Shown: one piece after another, positions 26,620 through 39,823 of the stretch
How the letters are laid out: every line of letters starts with the position of its first letter
Numbering within the stretch: position 1 is the stretch's first letter
From: Utricularia gibba
Lineage: Eukaryota; Plantae; Magnoliophyta
DNA length: 64,000 nt
Direction: 5' to 3'
Assembly (NCBI GenBank): GCA_002189035.1
Contig: NEEC01000002.1
Coordinates: 5,456,001-5,520,000, forward strand
Notes under the pieces: generated by a model
What the model saw: the letters and a program-made list of their open reading frames with translations, nothing else
Databases searched by the model: none
Told to the model about the DNA's origin: nothing
Made by a program: the position numbers and the translations under genes

Positions 26620-26835
26620 GTCAAATCTACCAAAATCAAAACTTTATCAAGTCAAATATGTTATTATTAAATATGTTTCTTTTACAATAACAGAAATTCA
26701 TGGTCAAATATGTCAATTCACAAAATATCTGGGTCAAATATGCCCATTCACGAAACTACATGGATCCGTTGTACCTCGTTATGAAAATTTCTAGATCTAC
26801 TATGCCCAAACCCAGGATTTTTAGGTCAAATATAT
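26620..26835. repeat. Array of gtcaaatatg-like motifs (transposon subterminal-type repeats)
   Basis: gtcaaata(tg) occurs at about 26651, 26703, 26733 and 26825, and tggtcaaatatgtcaattcac / gggtcaaatatgcccattcac are in tandem. Confidence 0.55.
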
Positions 26836-27289
26836 AATTATCTCATCCTTTAAATATGTTGTTTACACCATCTAAGGTCACAGAAAGTGAGACATTTTTC
26901 TATACCTTAGGAGATGAATGGGAGACTTCATTCCCCGAAGGAACCCTCGCCCCTTCATACATACCAAGTTCCATAGAATTCATCATCTCATTTAGTTTCG
27001 AAGCCCCTTACGTGATGAATCCCCTTGCGCCTCCGTATTTCATTGTCTATGGAAGCCGCTTAACCGATGGATCCAGACTTTTGGTGCTATGTACCATTTC
27101 CCTATAGGGAGAATATTTTCTCTCCCGAAAAACTTTAGGTTCTCGACAAAGCCATAGTTGAGGACCACAAAGCTGGTTCGAATGAGACGAAGAAGCAAGA
27201 CGGAGGACAATGCCTTTCGCGGAAGAAAATGAGGTTGATTGGCACAAAACGGGGGATGAACCTGTATATGATGAATATCTAGATTGCAT

Positions 27290-27579
27290 GGGTATCAGAA
27301 GAAACTAATGGAGAGCATGAGGTTGAAGAGCAATCTAGAATTCGAAGCCATTGATGAAGATGGGCACCCCAACATCTGAGTCATTTGTGAGGAGGGCTTT
27401 TGTGACGGCGTCATGATTGGAATTCTGGACTGTTGACATAATATCATTCCACATGCATCAAGAAATGGCTCGCATCGAAGGACAAGTGCCCCCTATGTCG
27501 CATAAGAGTAGATATTTTTTCTGAACCGTGGTTATTTGATCGCCTATTTGCTTTGCTTGCAGTCCCTCTGTTCATCTGA
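27290..27579 (+). pseudogene. Intronless RING-H2 E3 ligase pseudogene fragment
   Basis: It reads NI*VICEEGFCDGVMIGILDC*H-[1-nt frameshift]-YHSTCIKKWLASKDKCPLC, i.e. C-x2-C-x14-C-x-H-x2-H-x2-C-x3-W-x6-C-x2-C. There are TGA stops at 27377 and 27434 and a frameshift near 27440. Confidence 0.85.
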
Positions 27580-28127
27580 ATAACACCACATCAGCAGATT
27601 TGTTCACCTGAAGATTTCCATGAAATTTGGGAGATGCAAATTTGGCACATATATTGATTTTGTCCTCTTCTATGTCTATTTTTTTTATTAATGTTTATCA
27701 TTATCCATACTAAATATTAATCATGCAATAAAATCGTTAATAGACAGTTTTGTATCATCATAACTCATATGTCAATAAAAAACAAATAAACACACAGACG
27801 TATGTCTAACATTGAAGCCTTTAAAATTACCGAATATAGCATGTTCATATTTAATAAAACAGACTATCAATTATCACATAATAATGATAAATACTTTATG
27901 TTTTTTTCCATTTTTTCATGTAAAATTCATTTTTGTGCTTTTTTATTATTTGTGCATAGTTCTATGAAATAGCATAATCATTAATCATTCTTAGTCTAAG
28001 GATTATGTGCACCTATGTTTTCAACTCAAATGTATAATCCAAACCATTTTTGTGATGATGAACCAATTTATCTCACATGCTTGTTAAAAACTTTATTATA
28101 CAAAGTATAAATTGATTTTTTAATAAA

Positions 28128-28610
28128 CTCAGTAACATTCAAATTCAAAAAAAAAAGGAGTGCCGATGATAAGATATGCTTGGCGAAGCCGTGGGTAGTA
28201 ATGATATTACTATAAACTAAAAATGAAGTTTCATAATCCAAGTATATCTTCCTCCAAAGTTGGATCTCCATTTCAAACAAAAAAAAAAATAAAAAAGAAA
28301 AAAAAAAGAAAAAAAGGAAGAAAAGAATAGTCACTGCCATCGAGAATTCTTCTATTATTAATCTAATAATTAATATCAAATGTAATTTTGCATTATTTTG
28401 TTTCTGATCTTGTTGTTTGAGTAGTTTACTTTAGATTGTTTAAAAAATATGAAAAAAATATAAGATATTACTTATTATAAGAGATGAATAAATTATCTTA
28501 ATTATGTATTATGATTTAAATTTGGTTTACATCATGGATTGTTATTTTATTTTCATGTTTGAAGACAAGAATGATTCATTGTAATAAAATTTATTTTCCT
28601 AATCATTTTC
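28128..28610. repeat. Diverged direct repeat, copy B (copy A at ~24680-25175)
   Basis: It carries the same collinear blocks as copy A in the same orientation, about 3.45 kb downstream. Confidence 0.85.
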
Positions 28611-30399
28611 TATTACCTTAATTTTCATAATATTAGATTACTTTGAGATGTTTTGAATAAAAATATAAAAATTGGTGACTTTAAAATGTAGAAAATCAAG
28701 AATGTTTGTACGATATGATAAAATCTTCACTACAAATGAGAAGGTTGATAAGATAAAATAAAATTATAAACATAGATTTTGACCTTCATTTGTGTGGATT
28801 CCAATTATTATAAGGTCTCTTCTTTCCTCATATCTCACAAAGTCTATTCTTTTCTTCTATGTTTTACTATTTACACTCATATAAAAACTATTGATAAAAG
28901 AGTTTATTTTATCTTTGTTGAGGAATTCGATCATTTATGTGGATTCACATAACATGTCATACCAAGTTTCATTTTCCCTTTCCAACACATATGCAGCTGT
29001 TATTCATACGGTATTGCACTTGTATTTATTTTGTAATTTTGAATATTACAAACTAGCATGTTATGTCTAAAACTTGTAGCACAAAATACACATCATTTCT
29101 ATCCATTGATTATTGTCATTGTAATTACGTGGAAATAACACACTAAAGTTTCAGGTACCGAGAATATGCATTGTAATTAACTAGGAATATTGTGATAAAA
29201 AGTATATATAGTACTTCTATGCATCAACAATGTATATTGTAAGTATCTAAAAATAACACAATGAAAATACATTGACACCATCATTTGTGGATATCTAAAA
29301 AAATATGATAAAAATATACGTATTATTATTAGATACAAACAATGTAGATTGTAAAGCTATATCATTTATAACTTATTTTGTAATTTATAATTTAAAGTAA
29401 AATTAAAAATAATTGTTTTACAGAATATCTTTACTTATTCTAAAACTTAACTTTTATTTTTTTTATTTATTCTTTAACTTATTTCAATTTTAATTATTTC
29501 ACCTAGTTATTACACAAATTGAGAAAATATGATTTATTCAATAATTAAGTTGCTTAATTTCAAATTGATTACTTCTATTTATTTTACATCTACTTATACA
29601 ATAACTTTTATGTATGAGTTAAATATAAATTATTGATTAAGTTGCACAAACTATACCATAAGGGCCAATTTTGGTAGAATAGAATTCCTTAATTTTATTT
29701 GGATAGGAAATTGAGAATTCCCTAATATAAACCTACGATTTACGAAGCTAGTGGGTTTTAGTAAAACTCTGGTGATTGATGAGTTTATTAATATCTAGAC
29801 TTTAAATTATTGTTTTTGACATTTTTAATCTTTTTATTGATAAATTTATATTATTCTTCTTTAAAAAAAATCTCGTAACCCTTATCTCGAATACTGACTA
29901 TTGTACTAACATTCTCCATAACACTATCCTACGACCCTTCGACATCAAATTTTCTCTACATTTGAGTCCTCATCTTGCATGAATACACTAGTGCATACTC
30001 CCAAAATATTCTTATCCCCATCTCTCACTTCACTCAAAATCACAAATTTGGCACCTTTTCTCGAACTCCGTTAAGATTTACCAATAGTTTTATTGTCAAT
30101 CACTTCACTTCTTCATGCGACACCCAAACAAAAGTAAACTTAAATTTTAATCTATCTTTTTATGTTGTATTGATTTTTTTTTTTTTGGATTATGTGAATT
30201 ATCTTCTGAAAAAATATGATTTTCTTGGCTATATCTTTTTATTGTTTTGATTATGGTTTTCTTGGAAGATAACATCATGAATGATAATATAGAAGAAGTT
30301 GTGGCTATGATTGTTGTTAGAATTATTGCACTAAATTTGCTATTCATGAAGTATGTTGTTTAAAAATATGCAAAAGAAATTAATGAGTATGATTTATAT

Positions 30400-31400
30400 G
30401 AAAGACTCGGAACTATAAAGTATTCTTATCTACAAAAAATTTCAAGACAAATAGAAAGACCTAGTAGATATGTGCCTGATTTTAATAATACTGTGTTGGA
30501 AAGTGTGAAAATGAACAAAGATACATTTGGACGATTATGTATGTTGCTTCAACATAATGGCTTACATGATGTTAGATTATAAAAGATCAACTTACACAGT
30601 CTTTAGATATTTTAATATTATATTAAATACTCTATTATGATACAAAATGAGTTATTAGTAAGATCATGGCATACAAGTGATGAAAGTGCATCAAGCAGGT
30701 TCAAATATTTCCAGGTATAATTTTTTGTTTATTCATATTGATAATATAAACTAATTCATATTGTCATTTGAATAGAATTGGTTAGTATGTACAATTGATG
30801 AGACATATGTTGAAATACGTGTAAAAGAGTCACTTAAAATGAGATATAGAACTCGTATAGATAGCATTGCAACAAATATAATGGAAGTATGTGACTAACA
30901 CATGAACTTCATATATTTACTTGTTGGTTGAGAAGGTTTTGCAACTGATTGCCGTATTTTGAGATATTCTTTATCTCGATTAAATGGTTTTCATGTTATT
31001 AAAGGTAAACTTTTCTTTTAATTATTGTAATGTATAAGTTATATGTGACATATTTTGTATTATTTATTTAACTTTTCATTATAGGACAATATTATTTGTA
31101 TGATAATAGTTATACAAATTGTGAGAGGTTTTTGAGTTCATATAGAGATGTTCATTATCAATTGAAAGAATAAGGTGAAGATTCATGATGTCCACAAAAT
31201 CCTCGTGAATATTTTAATGAAACATTCTTTAACAAAGAATGTTATTGAGAGAGCTTTTGACATATTAAAAATATGTTAGGCTATTCTAATAAGTTCCTTA
31301 TTCTATCAACTTTGAATATAAAATAAAATTATCATAGCCTGTGCATTACTTCACAATTTTATTTGTTCACAAATAGGTATTGATCCATTAGAAGCATAAA
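30400..31400 (+). pseudogene. Harbinger DDE transposase, inactivated
   Basis: Recognisable segments are KMNKDTFGRLC, TIDETYV...RYRTR...IATNIMEVCD*HMNFIYLLVG*EGFATDCRIL, YYLYDNSY...PQNPREYFN, NVIERAFDILK and IIIACALLHNFI. There are several stops and frameshifts. Confidence 0.88.
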
Positions 31401-32148
31401 TAGCCGAGAATCATATGGAAGATGATTTAGATAATCGTGTGGTTGAAGAACAAAAATTCATAACTGGTTTTGAAAACACTGTTGATTGGGATATGTGGAG
31501 AGATAGTTTGGCACAAGATATGTGGAATGAGTACTTAAGAATATGATTGTTTCTTAAATTATACCCGGGATGCATTGTTTATTTGCATTTAACCCATGCA
31601 TATTGCGATGAATTATTATGTGTTTATTGTCTTGAATGATTAGATGTGAGTTGAATTAATAGGCTTCTCAGTCCACTTTTATTTTTATTACGTTTACTTC
31701 ATCCTTCCCCTTCATCTAATTGTTGTAAAGGTATAAAAATGAGTTCATTCATCATCCATTTCTTGTTTATATTCAATCATATATTTATTTTATTTGTTAA
31801 CTATTTATTTTATAAACTAAATTATATTTATTGTAACAAATACACGATACCCAATAAATGTATTTATTCATCATCCCATGTCTTATTTTCATTTCATTAT
31901 TCATGTAAATAAATAAAATTAATCAAATTTTATCATGTATTCATATACATATTATTTTATAAAGATATCTCCATCTTTAATTGCAAGAATAACACAATTC
32001 AAATAAAATAATGTATAGACACAAATCAACACTTTGAAAAATAATTTTAGAATCTAAACATAAAATAAATAAATATAAATCTCATTATTCATAGGTTCAC
32101 ATTCATCTACATAAAAAAATAGATAAAACATGAAAATGGATAATGACT

Positions 32149-33205
32149 TCAGAATCTAAAGATAGCATTAATATCTTTCATCATAACTATACATCTATGG
32201 TCATCTGCTCTCAGAAATAAATGCATCTTAGCTTGACTAAATATTATTAATTCACCAAACTTCATAAGTGTTAAATCATCTATTTCAAGTGGTAATGAAA
32301 AAATAATATCAGTCACTTGTTCATGTTTTTCCATCATTAATATGTCATGATCAAGTCTCAGTACAAGTCGATCTATTACTTCAGTTGTAACATCATCCAT
32401 TTTTTTCCATTTGGACTACTAATTCTGCACTTTTGGAAGATTCAATCTTCCTCTTCACAGACAACTTGGTTTTTTTATGTAGATAAGTTATGTAACACAT
32501 CATTAGGATGTTCTAAAAACATTGGCTGCAAGGGGGATTATTCAATATCATTAAGATCAATGGAAAGATTATTCTTATCATTTTCATAAGCATCTTCAAC
32601 AAACTTATTGTATCCAACTACAAACTCTCTAGTTGTATGATCTCTTCCAAATATTTCTTCCAAATTCAAAAACAATGGAAATGGTTTATACCTCAATTGT
32701 TTCAATTCTAGAGCATTTTTCAAAGATAAATAAAGTTCCAATAATTAATAATAATGTATTTAATATCATACTATCTCAAATAAAATTTGTATTTGAATTA
32801 TTTCTTGTCAGATTTCTAGTATAGCATCAATCATACAATTTTAGGCATTCCAACCTATTCCAGAATAACTTAATAGATCTAAAATATCATATTACAACTT
32901 TTTCCATGTATGAGACTACGATTCAATATGAGGGACTTCTCGTAAATCTGATTAAGGACATAATTTCAAAAATTCCGCTTCAAGCTAGATATCCTAGACG
33001 AAATCCATTTTCATTTTTCCACCTAATTGATATAATCATACAATATGGTGATAGAAATAACTCTTCTTATATTGTCCACCCTCATTTTTTTTGTTGCCTT
33101 ACCAAAATTTGATGGATTATTATTGCTACCAATCTCTCTACACAAATTCTTGTCATCATTGTTCAATCTAATAGTATTCTTTCTAATATTTCTCCTTTTG
33201 TCCAT
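32149..33205 (-). pseudogene. Harbinger ORF1 (Myb/SANT-like DNA-binding protein), inactivated
   Basis: Fragments WKNENGFRLGYLA and KPFPLFLNLEEIFGRDHTTRE resemble the Myb/SANT ORF1 consensus (GWKxDNGFRxGYL; YKxFPxFxxWxEIFGKDRATG). The frame is broken. Confidence 0.7.
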
Positions 33206-33397
33206 GATTATCTAATGAAGAGAAATGAAAAATAGAAATTACATGGATTGGAAAGTAAAAATTTTTAAGAAAAAATACTTACGAATGTGGCTATAGAGAG
33301 AATTGATAAAACCTACTCCTTTACTTTGCTATGGATGGTATAGGGAACAGGTTGTGGCTTGGGGAAGATATATTAAATAGGAAAGATTATTTAAAAA

Positions 33398-33400
<3 letters not shown>

Positions 33401-33428
<28 letters not shown>
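33401..33428. repeat. (AT)n microsatellite
   Basis: About 14 AT units, inside the right end of the Harbinger element. Confidence 0.95.
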
Positions 33429-33431
<3 letters not shown>

Positions 33432-33739
33432 TTTTTTATTTTTTTATTTTTAATATATCAAATACGAAAATTCTTTAAACCTAATTAAATGTAAACACAT
33501 CAAATATTCCAAATAAATTTAATCCAATTTATTCCAATCTTACCTATCAAAATGGCTCTAAGTGTCTTGAAAAGATATGATAAAAAATCAATATTATTTT
33601 CAAATATCAACAATATTATTTATAAACGTATTAAGAATATAATATAAACAATATATATATTACTTTCATTTAGTAAAGTAATAAATAAATAATACAAATC
33701 TGATTTGTAAACTACATGCCCCACCAAATCCACAGCGAG

Positions 33740-33808
33740 CTTATCCTGGGGGGCAACAACCTCATCAACCAGAATCCCATACCAACCATTAGGCCTTTGC
33801 CACGTGGC
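33740..33808 (+). promoter_or_regulatory. I-box + G-box light-responsive module of PsbP
   Basis: CTTATC (reverse GATAAG) is at 33740-33745 and the palindrome GCCACGTGGC is at 33799-33808, 100-170 bp upstream of the PsbP ATG. This pairing is typical of photosynthesis-associated nuclear genes. Confidence 0.65.
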
Positions 33809-33907
33809 ACACAAGGCATGGATCCACGCACTACAGAAGAAGCATGATCGGTGAGCCGAGAGAGCATAGCTTCTGTGTCGCTGGCCCTCATCGGATCGAA
33901 TCGCCAA

Positions 33908-35043
33908 ATGGCTTCCTCCACAGCGCTGTTTCTTCACAGCCACGCCGCTGCCTTCTGCAAACCTGCCGCCGGATCCTCTTCCACCCGCCGTCTAGTGGCG
34001 GGGCGCGTCGTCTGCCAGGCGGCGGAGACCGACGCCACTCTGTCCCGGAGATTGGCTCTGACTGTTCTCATTGGCGCCGCCACCGTCGGATCCAAAGCCT
34101 CTCCTGCTGACGCAGCCTACGGAGAATCCGGTAACTGCCACGTCAAATCAAATAAATTGGCTCCATTTTCCCTCAAATTTGTGTGTTGAATTGAAATGCA
34201 TTGCAGCCAACATTTTCGGGAAGCCGAAAACGAACACGGAGTACAGTCCCTACGCCGGGGAAGGATTCAAGCTTTCGATTCCTTCGAAATGGAACCCGAG
34301 CGGGGAAGTTGAATACCCTGGTCAGGTCCTAAGGTACGAGGACAACTTCGATTCCACCACTAACGTCATCGTTTCCGTCACACCCACCGATAAGAAGTCG
34401 ATCGCCGACTACGGCTCGCCAGATCAATTCCTCTCTCAGGTACCATCCATTTTAACTCTTAACAGGGGACAACCCCATCATTCACTGATATCTCTGTTAA
34501 ATCAGTGGCACGGATGATGGGTGTTATCAGTTCTTGCTTAGTCAGTTTAATTTTCAAAAGCATAAACAGTTCCAGCATTCTGGTAGCTTGTACCCTGCAC
34601 TGATCAGAGATGCAATCAGTAATTGTTAAATCATGTGTTTCAACTGCAGGTGGACTATCTGCTGGGCAAACAGGCCTACTCCGGCAAAACAGATTCAGAG
34701 GTAAAGAAGATGCATCCCTTTTTGATGATTTTCACAAACATAAGTAAGAAATTTTGTCCACTAGAACTGAGTTTTTTGTCAGGGTGGATTTGGGTCGGGG
34801 CTAGTGGCATCTGCAAACATTTTGGAAGCTTCAACTCCTGAAGTTGGTGGGAAGCAATACTACTACTTGTCCGTGCTGACGAGAACCGCCGATGGAACAG
34901 AAGGTGGACGGCACCAGCTTCTCACCGCCACCGTGAGCGATGGGAAGCTCTACATCTGCAAAGCTCAGGCCGGGGATAAGAGATGGTTCAAAGGGGCGAG
35001 GCAGTTTGTTGAGAAAGCAGCTTCTTCATTCAGTGTTGCTTGA
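33908..35043 (+). CDS. PSBP: Oxygen-evolving enhancer protein 2 (PsbP), chloroplast thylakoid lumen (4 exons)
   Basis: A transit peptide with twin-Arg SRRLAL and ADA/AYGE cleavage is followed by [33 protein letters not shown] and [13 protein letters not shown]. Confidence 0.97.
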
Positions 35044-35663
35044 GTTGGAGTGGTTCTCATGTAATGAATTGCAATGTTGAAAAAATGAGAATATTCAAGA
35101 TACCAAAAAGAAATGTTCAATAAATAAGATGAATGAAAATTCAAAGCGTAGGTATAAAACAAAAAGAAGAATTCAAGATACCAAACTCTTTCGAGTTCTT
35201 ATAATTCTCTTCGAACTACTGTTAAATTCAACAAAAAACTCAGATTCCAAATTTGATTCAAAAATAGAAATTTCAATTGAAATTTTTTCGAATTTAAAAT
35301 GATGTATTAAACAGAAGCAATGGATCAAATCAGCCTACTTCTTCGTTAGAAATACGTACTCCAGTGACGTTTATCCAAAATTAGAAGCATTTGCACACAT
35401 ATCATTACACACTATCGAACACTTCAAAAACTTAATGAAGACCAACTCCAACCAGTAAACATTTATGTGATTTTTATCATATAGCACAAGAAATTCCGGT
35501 CTGACGTAGAAGTCACAGTTCTTACTCATTTTTCACTAGAGCATTTTAGCATCAACGCCTGTGGCATAAACATGTTTACAGACACAGATATTGCATACAT
35601 TTATGTACGTTCTCTGGCTGATGTTACATAACATATTTCTTCTTACATTACCTGGTCTGGTTC

Positions 35664-36818
35664 TCAAGTGCAGTATGCCGGAGTGATGGAAGGACGGTAG
35701 ACGAAGGGCTTGACGGTGTGTGATGAGCCGGAGATATGAGTGTACGTGAACTTGACCCCAGTGGTGCCTTCTGGATTATTGCAAAGATCGTTAAAGCTGC
35801 TTATTGGCCGTGCCAGACAGACATCCCACCGTTCACTCTCTGGCATCGTCTCTGCCACGGTGTATACTCCATCTGAATTTGTGAATGCCTGATAATTCAT
35901 GACTTCTCCAGACTTTGTAATACAGAGTACAGCTGCTTCAGCACCTGACAGACAGAAAAAGTTGTTTCAAAATAAATACAAAATAGAGAGACCAATAAAC
36001 ACGCTCCTTTTTTTAATTGGGTCATTCATAGCACACACCAAAGTCCTACTAGGATTCCATCTTTTCCAGGGATAGATGATCCTTTAGCTTGGCATGAGAT
36101 GTTTATGGATAAGCACGATTCAGTGTAGCTTCAAAGCCCAGGGTGCATTCCATTCGCATTACCAATTCCAATAGAGATTTTCTTATTCTCACATTCAATA
36201 ACAACAATACAAATGAGTCTCTTTCAACCAGTTCTCTCGCCTTGCAGCAAAATGATAACACGGTAATCTCACGTTCACTTAACCCAATTACAAAAGCAAG
36301 GATCTACAGCAAAACATACCTTCTAAATCATCATAAACTCAAAGAACGCTCTTAGAAGCAAAAAGAAAACAGTTGAATTGATGGTTCAAAAGCTTGCAAA
36401 AACCCGGAATTCTAAATCTACAGTGAACAAATTTAAAGAGATTGGACAACCACTTGAGTGCAATAAGCTACATAGCTTCATCATAAGAACCCTAATTTAC
36501 TTAATCTACATTGGCCACGTAAACTAGTTCTGAACCATTTCCCCACCATAAGTGTAAAAAAAAATGACACGCAGAAATTATCGTCACCATGACATCAGAA
36601 AACCAAAAATGAAGCAAAAAAAAAATCAAAAGCGCATACAGATAACATAAAGTTTTACCTGGTAGAACATAGTCCTCTGGGCCAATAGAAGAGTCCCCGC
36701 AGAGATCGCACACTACCCTGCCGTGAATCTCGCCGGTCCACGACCTTACGCCTTCGACGACCATCAAAATCGAGAAAAGGATCACAAAAATTGAATTTAT
36801 ATTCCATCCACAGCCCAT
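35664..36818 (-). CDS. Pollen Ole e 1 allergen/extensin family secreted protein (2 exons)
   Basis: A signal peptide is followed by WTGEIHGRVVCDLC, then GAEAAVLC...YQAFTNSDGVY and the conserved Cys pattern. The phase-1 intron joins the exons in frame. Confidence 0.88.
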
Positions 36819-37371
36819 CTCAATCGCACAACAATCAGCCGAATTGGCACTCAGAGTTCCTCCCGTCAGCCGCCTTCCAGTTCATCGTCCTCAATTTATA
36901 CTCCCACCTTGACACGTAAATTAATTCCGAAGATACGTTTCGGCCTAATAGGCCTTAAACTTAGGACACGGCCCATTTGTCTTCAAAATTGTCGGCCCAA
37001 TAATAACTCATTGGACTCAACATTCTTCAAAGGTTCATATTCATTCAATTAATTTAACAACAATATATCAATATAAAATATAGTATAAAAAAATAAATAT
37101 ATCAGTATTTAAAAAATTATAATTGAATCGTTTTGAATCACGAATAATTTATTATAAAAATTACGCTAAATTCAACACAATGATAATTAAATCAATCGTA
37201 AAAACATGAAATGGTATTAATCGATGAAGAATGAGATATTTGACCTAATGCCTAATGGCTAATGCTAAACTTGTGGATGATTTTTGAATTACGTGCGTGT
37301 CACGAAGCAGCACGATGGAGCGGGGGGGATGGCCTCTTGCTACTAAAATTTCAAATGGTATCTCATGAACG

Positions 37372-39349
37372 ATGATGGCGTCGCTTCCCCAACTTCAACT
37401 CCTCAGAGATCCTCCACGCCTCGTGTATATAACTTCAGGGCACAAGTCTTTTTTATCTCGCTTGGTCAAAATGCCCCTCACCAGTCTCTCAGCTGCTGCT
37501 TCCAAACGGGAGCCAGCCGTAGACGTTGTCCCAGGTATGAAAAATGTGCACTTGTTTCTACAAGTGATCCCTGATTTGGGCTTTTGGTTACTTTTTTTAT
37601 TGTTATTTCAGATTCTGAACTGGGAGATGGTGATTCTTCCTCTGTGAATGGGCGGAGAAAAAGAGCTAGGAAACCGGTGGAGGCTGTGGTGGTTAAAGAG
37701 GTTTTAACTTTTAAGGTCGTATGAGTAACCGAGAAATGGTTCCCTAGTTTTGCTCTACGTATTTGTGTTTCCTGCCGCAGGAAGCTTCTGTGGCTGCAAT
37801 CGAAGATTTTGCTTTTGGAACGGATACCAGTTTCTTGGGTTCAAGTATGTTCTTTAATTTTTGGGCTCCTGTGCACTGCAGTCTTGTGTTTATTTTGCTG
37901 AGAGATGAGATGCTATTTTACTTTCGGGTTGCGTTTTGACAATGCAAGGGTAATAGAAGTTTGGATTGAAATTTTCATTTCTAGGTACAGTGAAACCGCC
38001 TCCAAACTGGGAAAAGGTTCTTGAAGGAATTCGAAAAATGAGGTCTTCTGAAGATGCCCCGGTTGATTCAATGGGTTGTGAAAAGGCTGGAAATTCCCTT
38101 CCTCCTAAGGTGGCCTAACAAATGTGTTATCTAATCTGTCTTAATGCGTTTTTCTTTTTCACGTTATTCATGCTTATGTTCCTTTGATAATCAGGAAAGG
38201 AGATTCGCAGTGTTGATCTCTTCACTCATGTCTAGCCAAACAAAGGATCATGTCAATAATGGTAACTCATTTTAGTTTCCGTGAAGAGCAGCTCTTTCTG
38301 TTGCTGTCTCTTAGAAACAGTTTTAAAAAATTTGTTTAATGATGAAAACTTACCCTTTTTTCCTTTATTATGTTATTGAACTTTAGGAGCTATTCAAAGG
38401 CTTCTTCAGAATGATCTGCTCACAGCAGAAGCCATCGATAAAGCAACCGAGGCTACTCTCAAGGATTTGATTTATCCAGTGGGTAACTGCTAAACCTACA
38501 ATACTCATTTGATTGACAGTCAGTAGAATCAATTTTTCGTATGGCAGGTGGGATTCTATACAAGAAAAGCAAGTAACATGAAGAAAGTTGCAAAAATTTG
38601 TCTCGAAAAATACAATGGAGATATTCCTAGTACGCTGGAAGAGTTGCTCCAGCTACCTGGAATAGGGCCTAAAATGGCTCATCTGGTGAGTGAACCGCAA
38701 GAAGCCAATGAATAATAACAGTTGCATCACTTTCAAACATGAAGTAAATGTTTATTTGAACTTGTAGGTGATGAATGTTGCATGGGAAAATGTTCAAGGA
38801 ATATGTGTAGACACTCATGTCCATCGGATATGCAATCGGCTCGGGTGGGTTTCACGCCCTGGAACAAATAAGGTGATGTAGTTTTAGGTTCAGGGTTGAC
38901 ATGATAAACTACTAACTTGTTTGACCAACCTATCTCGCACTTGGTTCTTTTTTTTTTTTTTAATGATCAGAGAACTTCCACCCCAGAGCAGACAAGGATA
39001 TCATTGCAACAATGGCTTCCAAAGGAAGAATGGGTTCCCATAAATCCTCTTCTGGTATATCAATGCTATATACGGGCATTTTGCACATCTTACCAGAGAA
39101 AATCATAGACAGACAGAGATGAATCAGTTCTCTTTTTCTTGGCTGCTGCATTTAAAAGAACGCTGCCACGTTTCAGTCTTGATTTTGTTGTCAATGTAGG
39201 TTGGCTTTGGACAGACGATATGCACCCCTCTTCGGCCTCGTTGTTCTGTGTGTGTATTAACTGATCTATGCCCATCGGCGTTCAAAGAAGCTCCTAGCCC
39301 ATCATCCAACACCAAAAATTCAAAGGTAACCAAGAACAAGTCTCCATAA
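37372..39349 (+). CDS. NTH1: Endonuclease III homolog (HhH-GPD glycosylase/AP lyase, NTH1/NTH2 type) (10 exons)
   Basis: Motifs are [17 protein letters not shown], the Hh[18 protein letters not shown] and the 4Fe-4S motif [17 protein letters not shown]. There is an N-terminal organelle-targeting-like extension, and TAA at 39347-39349. Confidence 0.94.
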
Positions 39350-39823
39350 GGTGGCTAGAGTTTCTTTTTGGATGTTCAGTTTCACCTCCGATGTTCATGT
39401 CCATGGAAAATCGTGTCTAGTATTTCTGGAGCAAGCTTAGCACAATGCAAGTTTAGCTCGTATTCTGTATTTTTGAAAACCATTGTAATGAAAAGTTTTA
39501 TGGGGTTAGTTTTATAACAGTTAGAAAGGCGTTCTTCACAGTGAAAGGTTTGTGTCTGCACCGTCTTTAAAGATAATAATCTTACAGTGAACAAGCGTTC
39601 ACATGCTACAATGTGATGGATTGGCTCACCACAGTAAAGTTCTTGCCCCATAGGACGGTATGTAGTAATAACAATCATAATAAATAATAGGGAATATATG
39701 AATAGTTCGTTCTCCTGCATGCTGTTCCATCAATCCTATCAAGTTTTTGTAGCAATCCTCTTACAAATCTGCCATGAAAAAGCTGTGCCCGGTGTGTGAA
39801 CTGCTGCCCCTACCGAGCTCGCC

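Larger units (their letters stand above)
29662..33558. mobile_element. Full-length but decayed PIF/Harbinger DNA transposon (~3.9 kb)
   Basis: TAA TSDs lie at 29659-29661 and 33559-33561. The imperfect TIRs are GGGCCAATTTTGGTAG (left) and GAGCCATTTTGATAG (right, reverse complement). A transposase and a Myb/SANT-like ORF lie inside in convergent orientation. Confidence 0.88.

Noticed and set aside
24680-28610. LTR pair of a retrotransposon
   Set aside because: There are no TG...CA ends, PBS, PPT or retroelement protein fragments. It is kept only as a direct repeat.
38479-38548. Possible U12-type or mis-called intron in NTH (GTGGGT donor duplicated at the next exon start)
   Set aside because: There is no GTATCC/ATATCC signature. 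The GTGGGT donor gives the correct frame (YPVGFY), while the GTAACT alternative does not.
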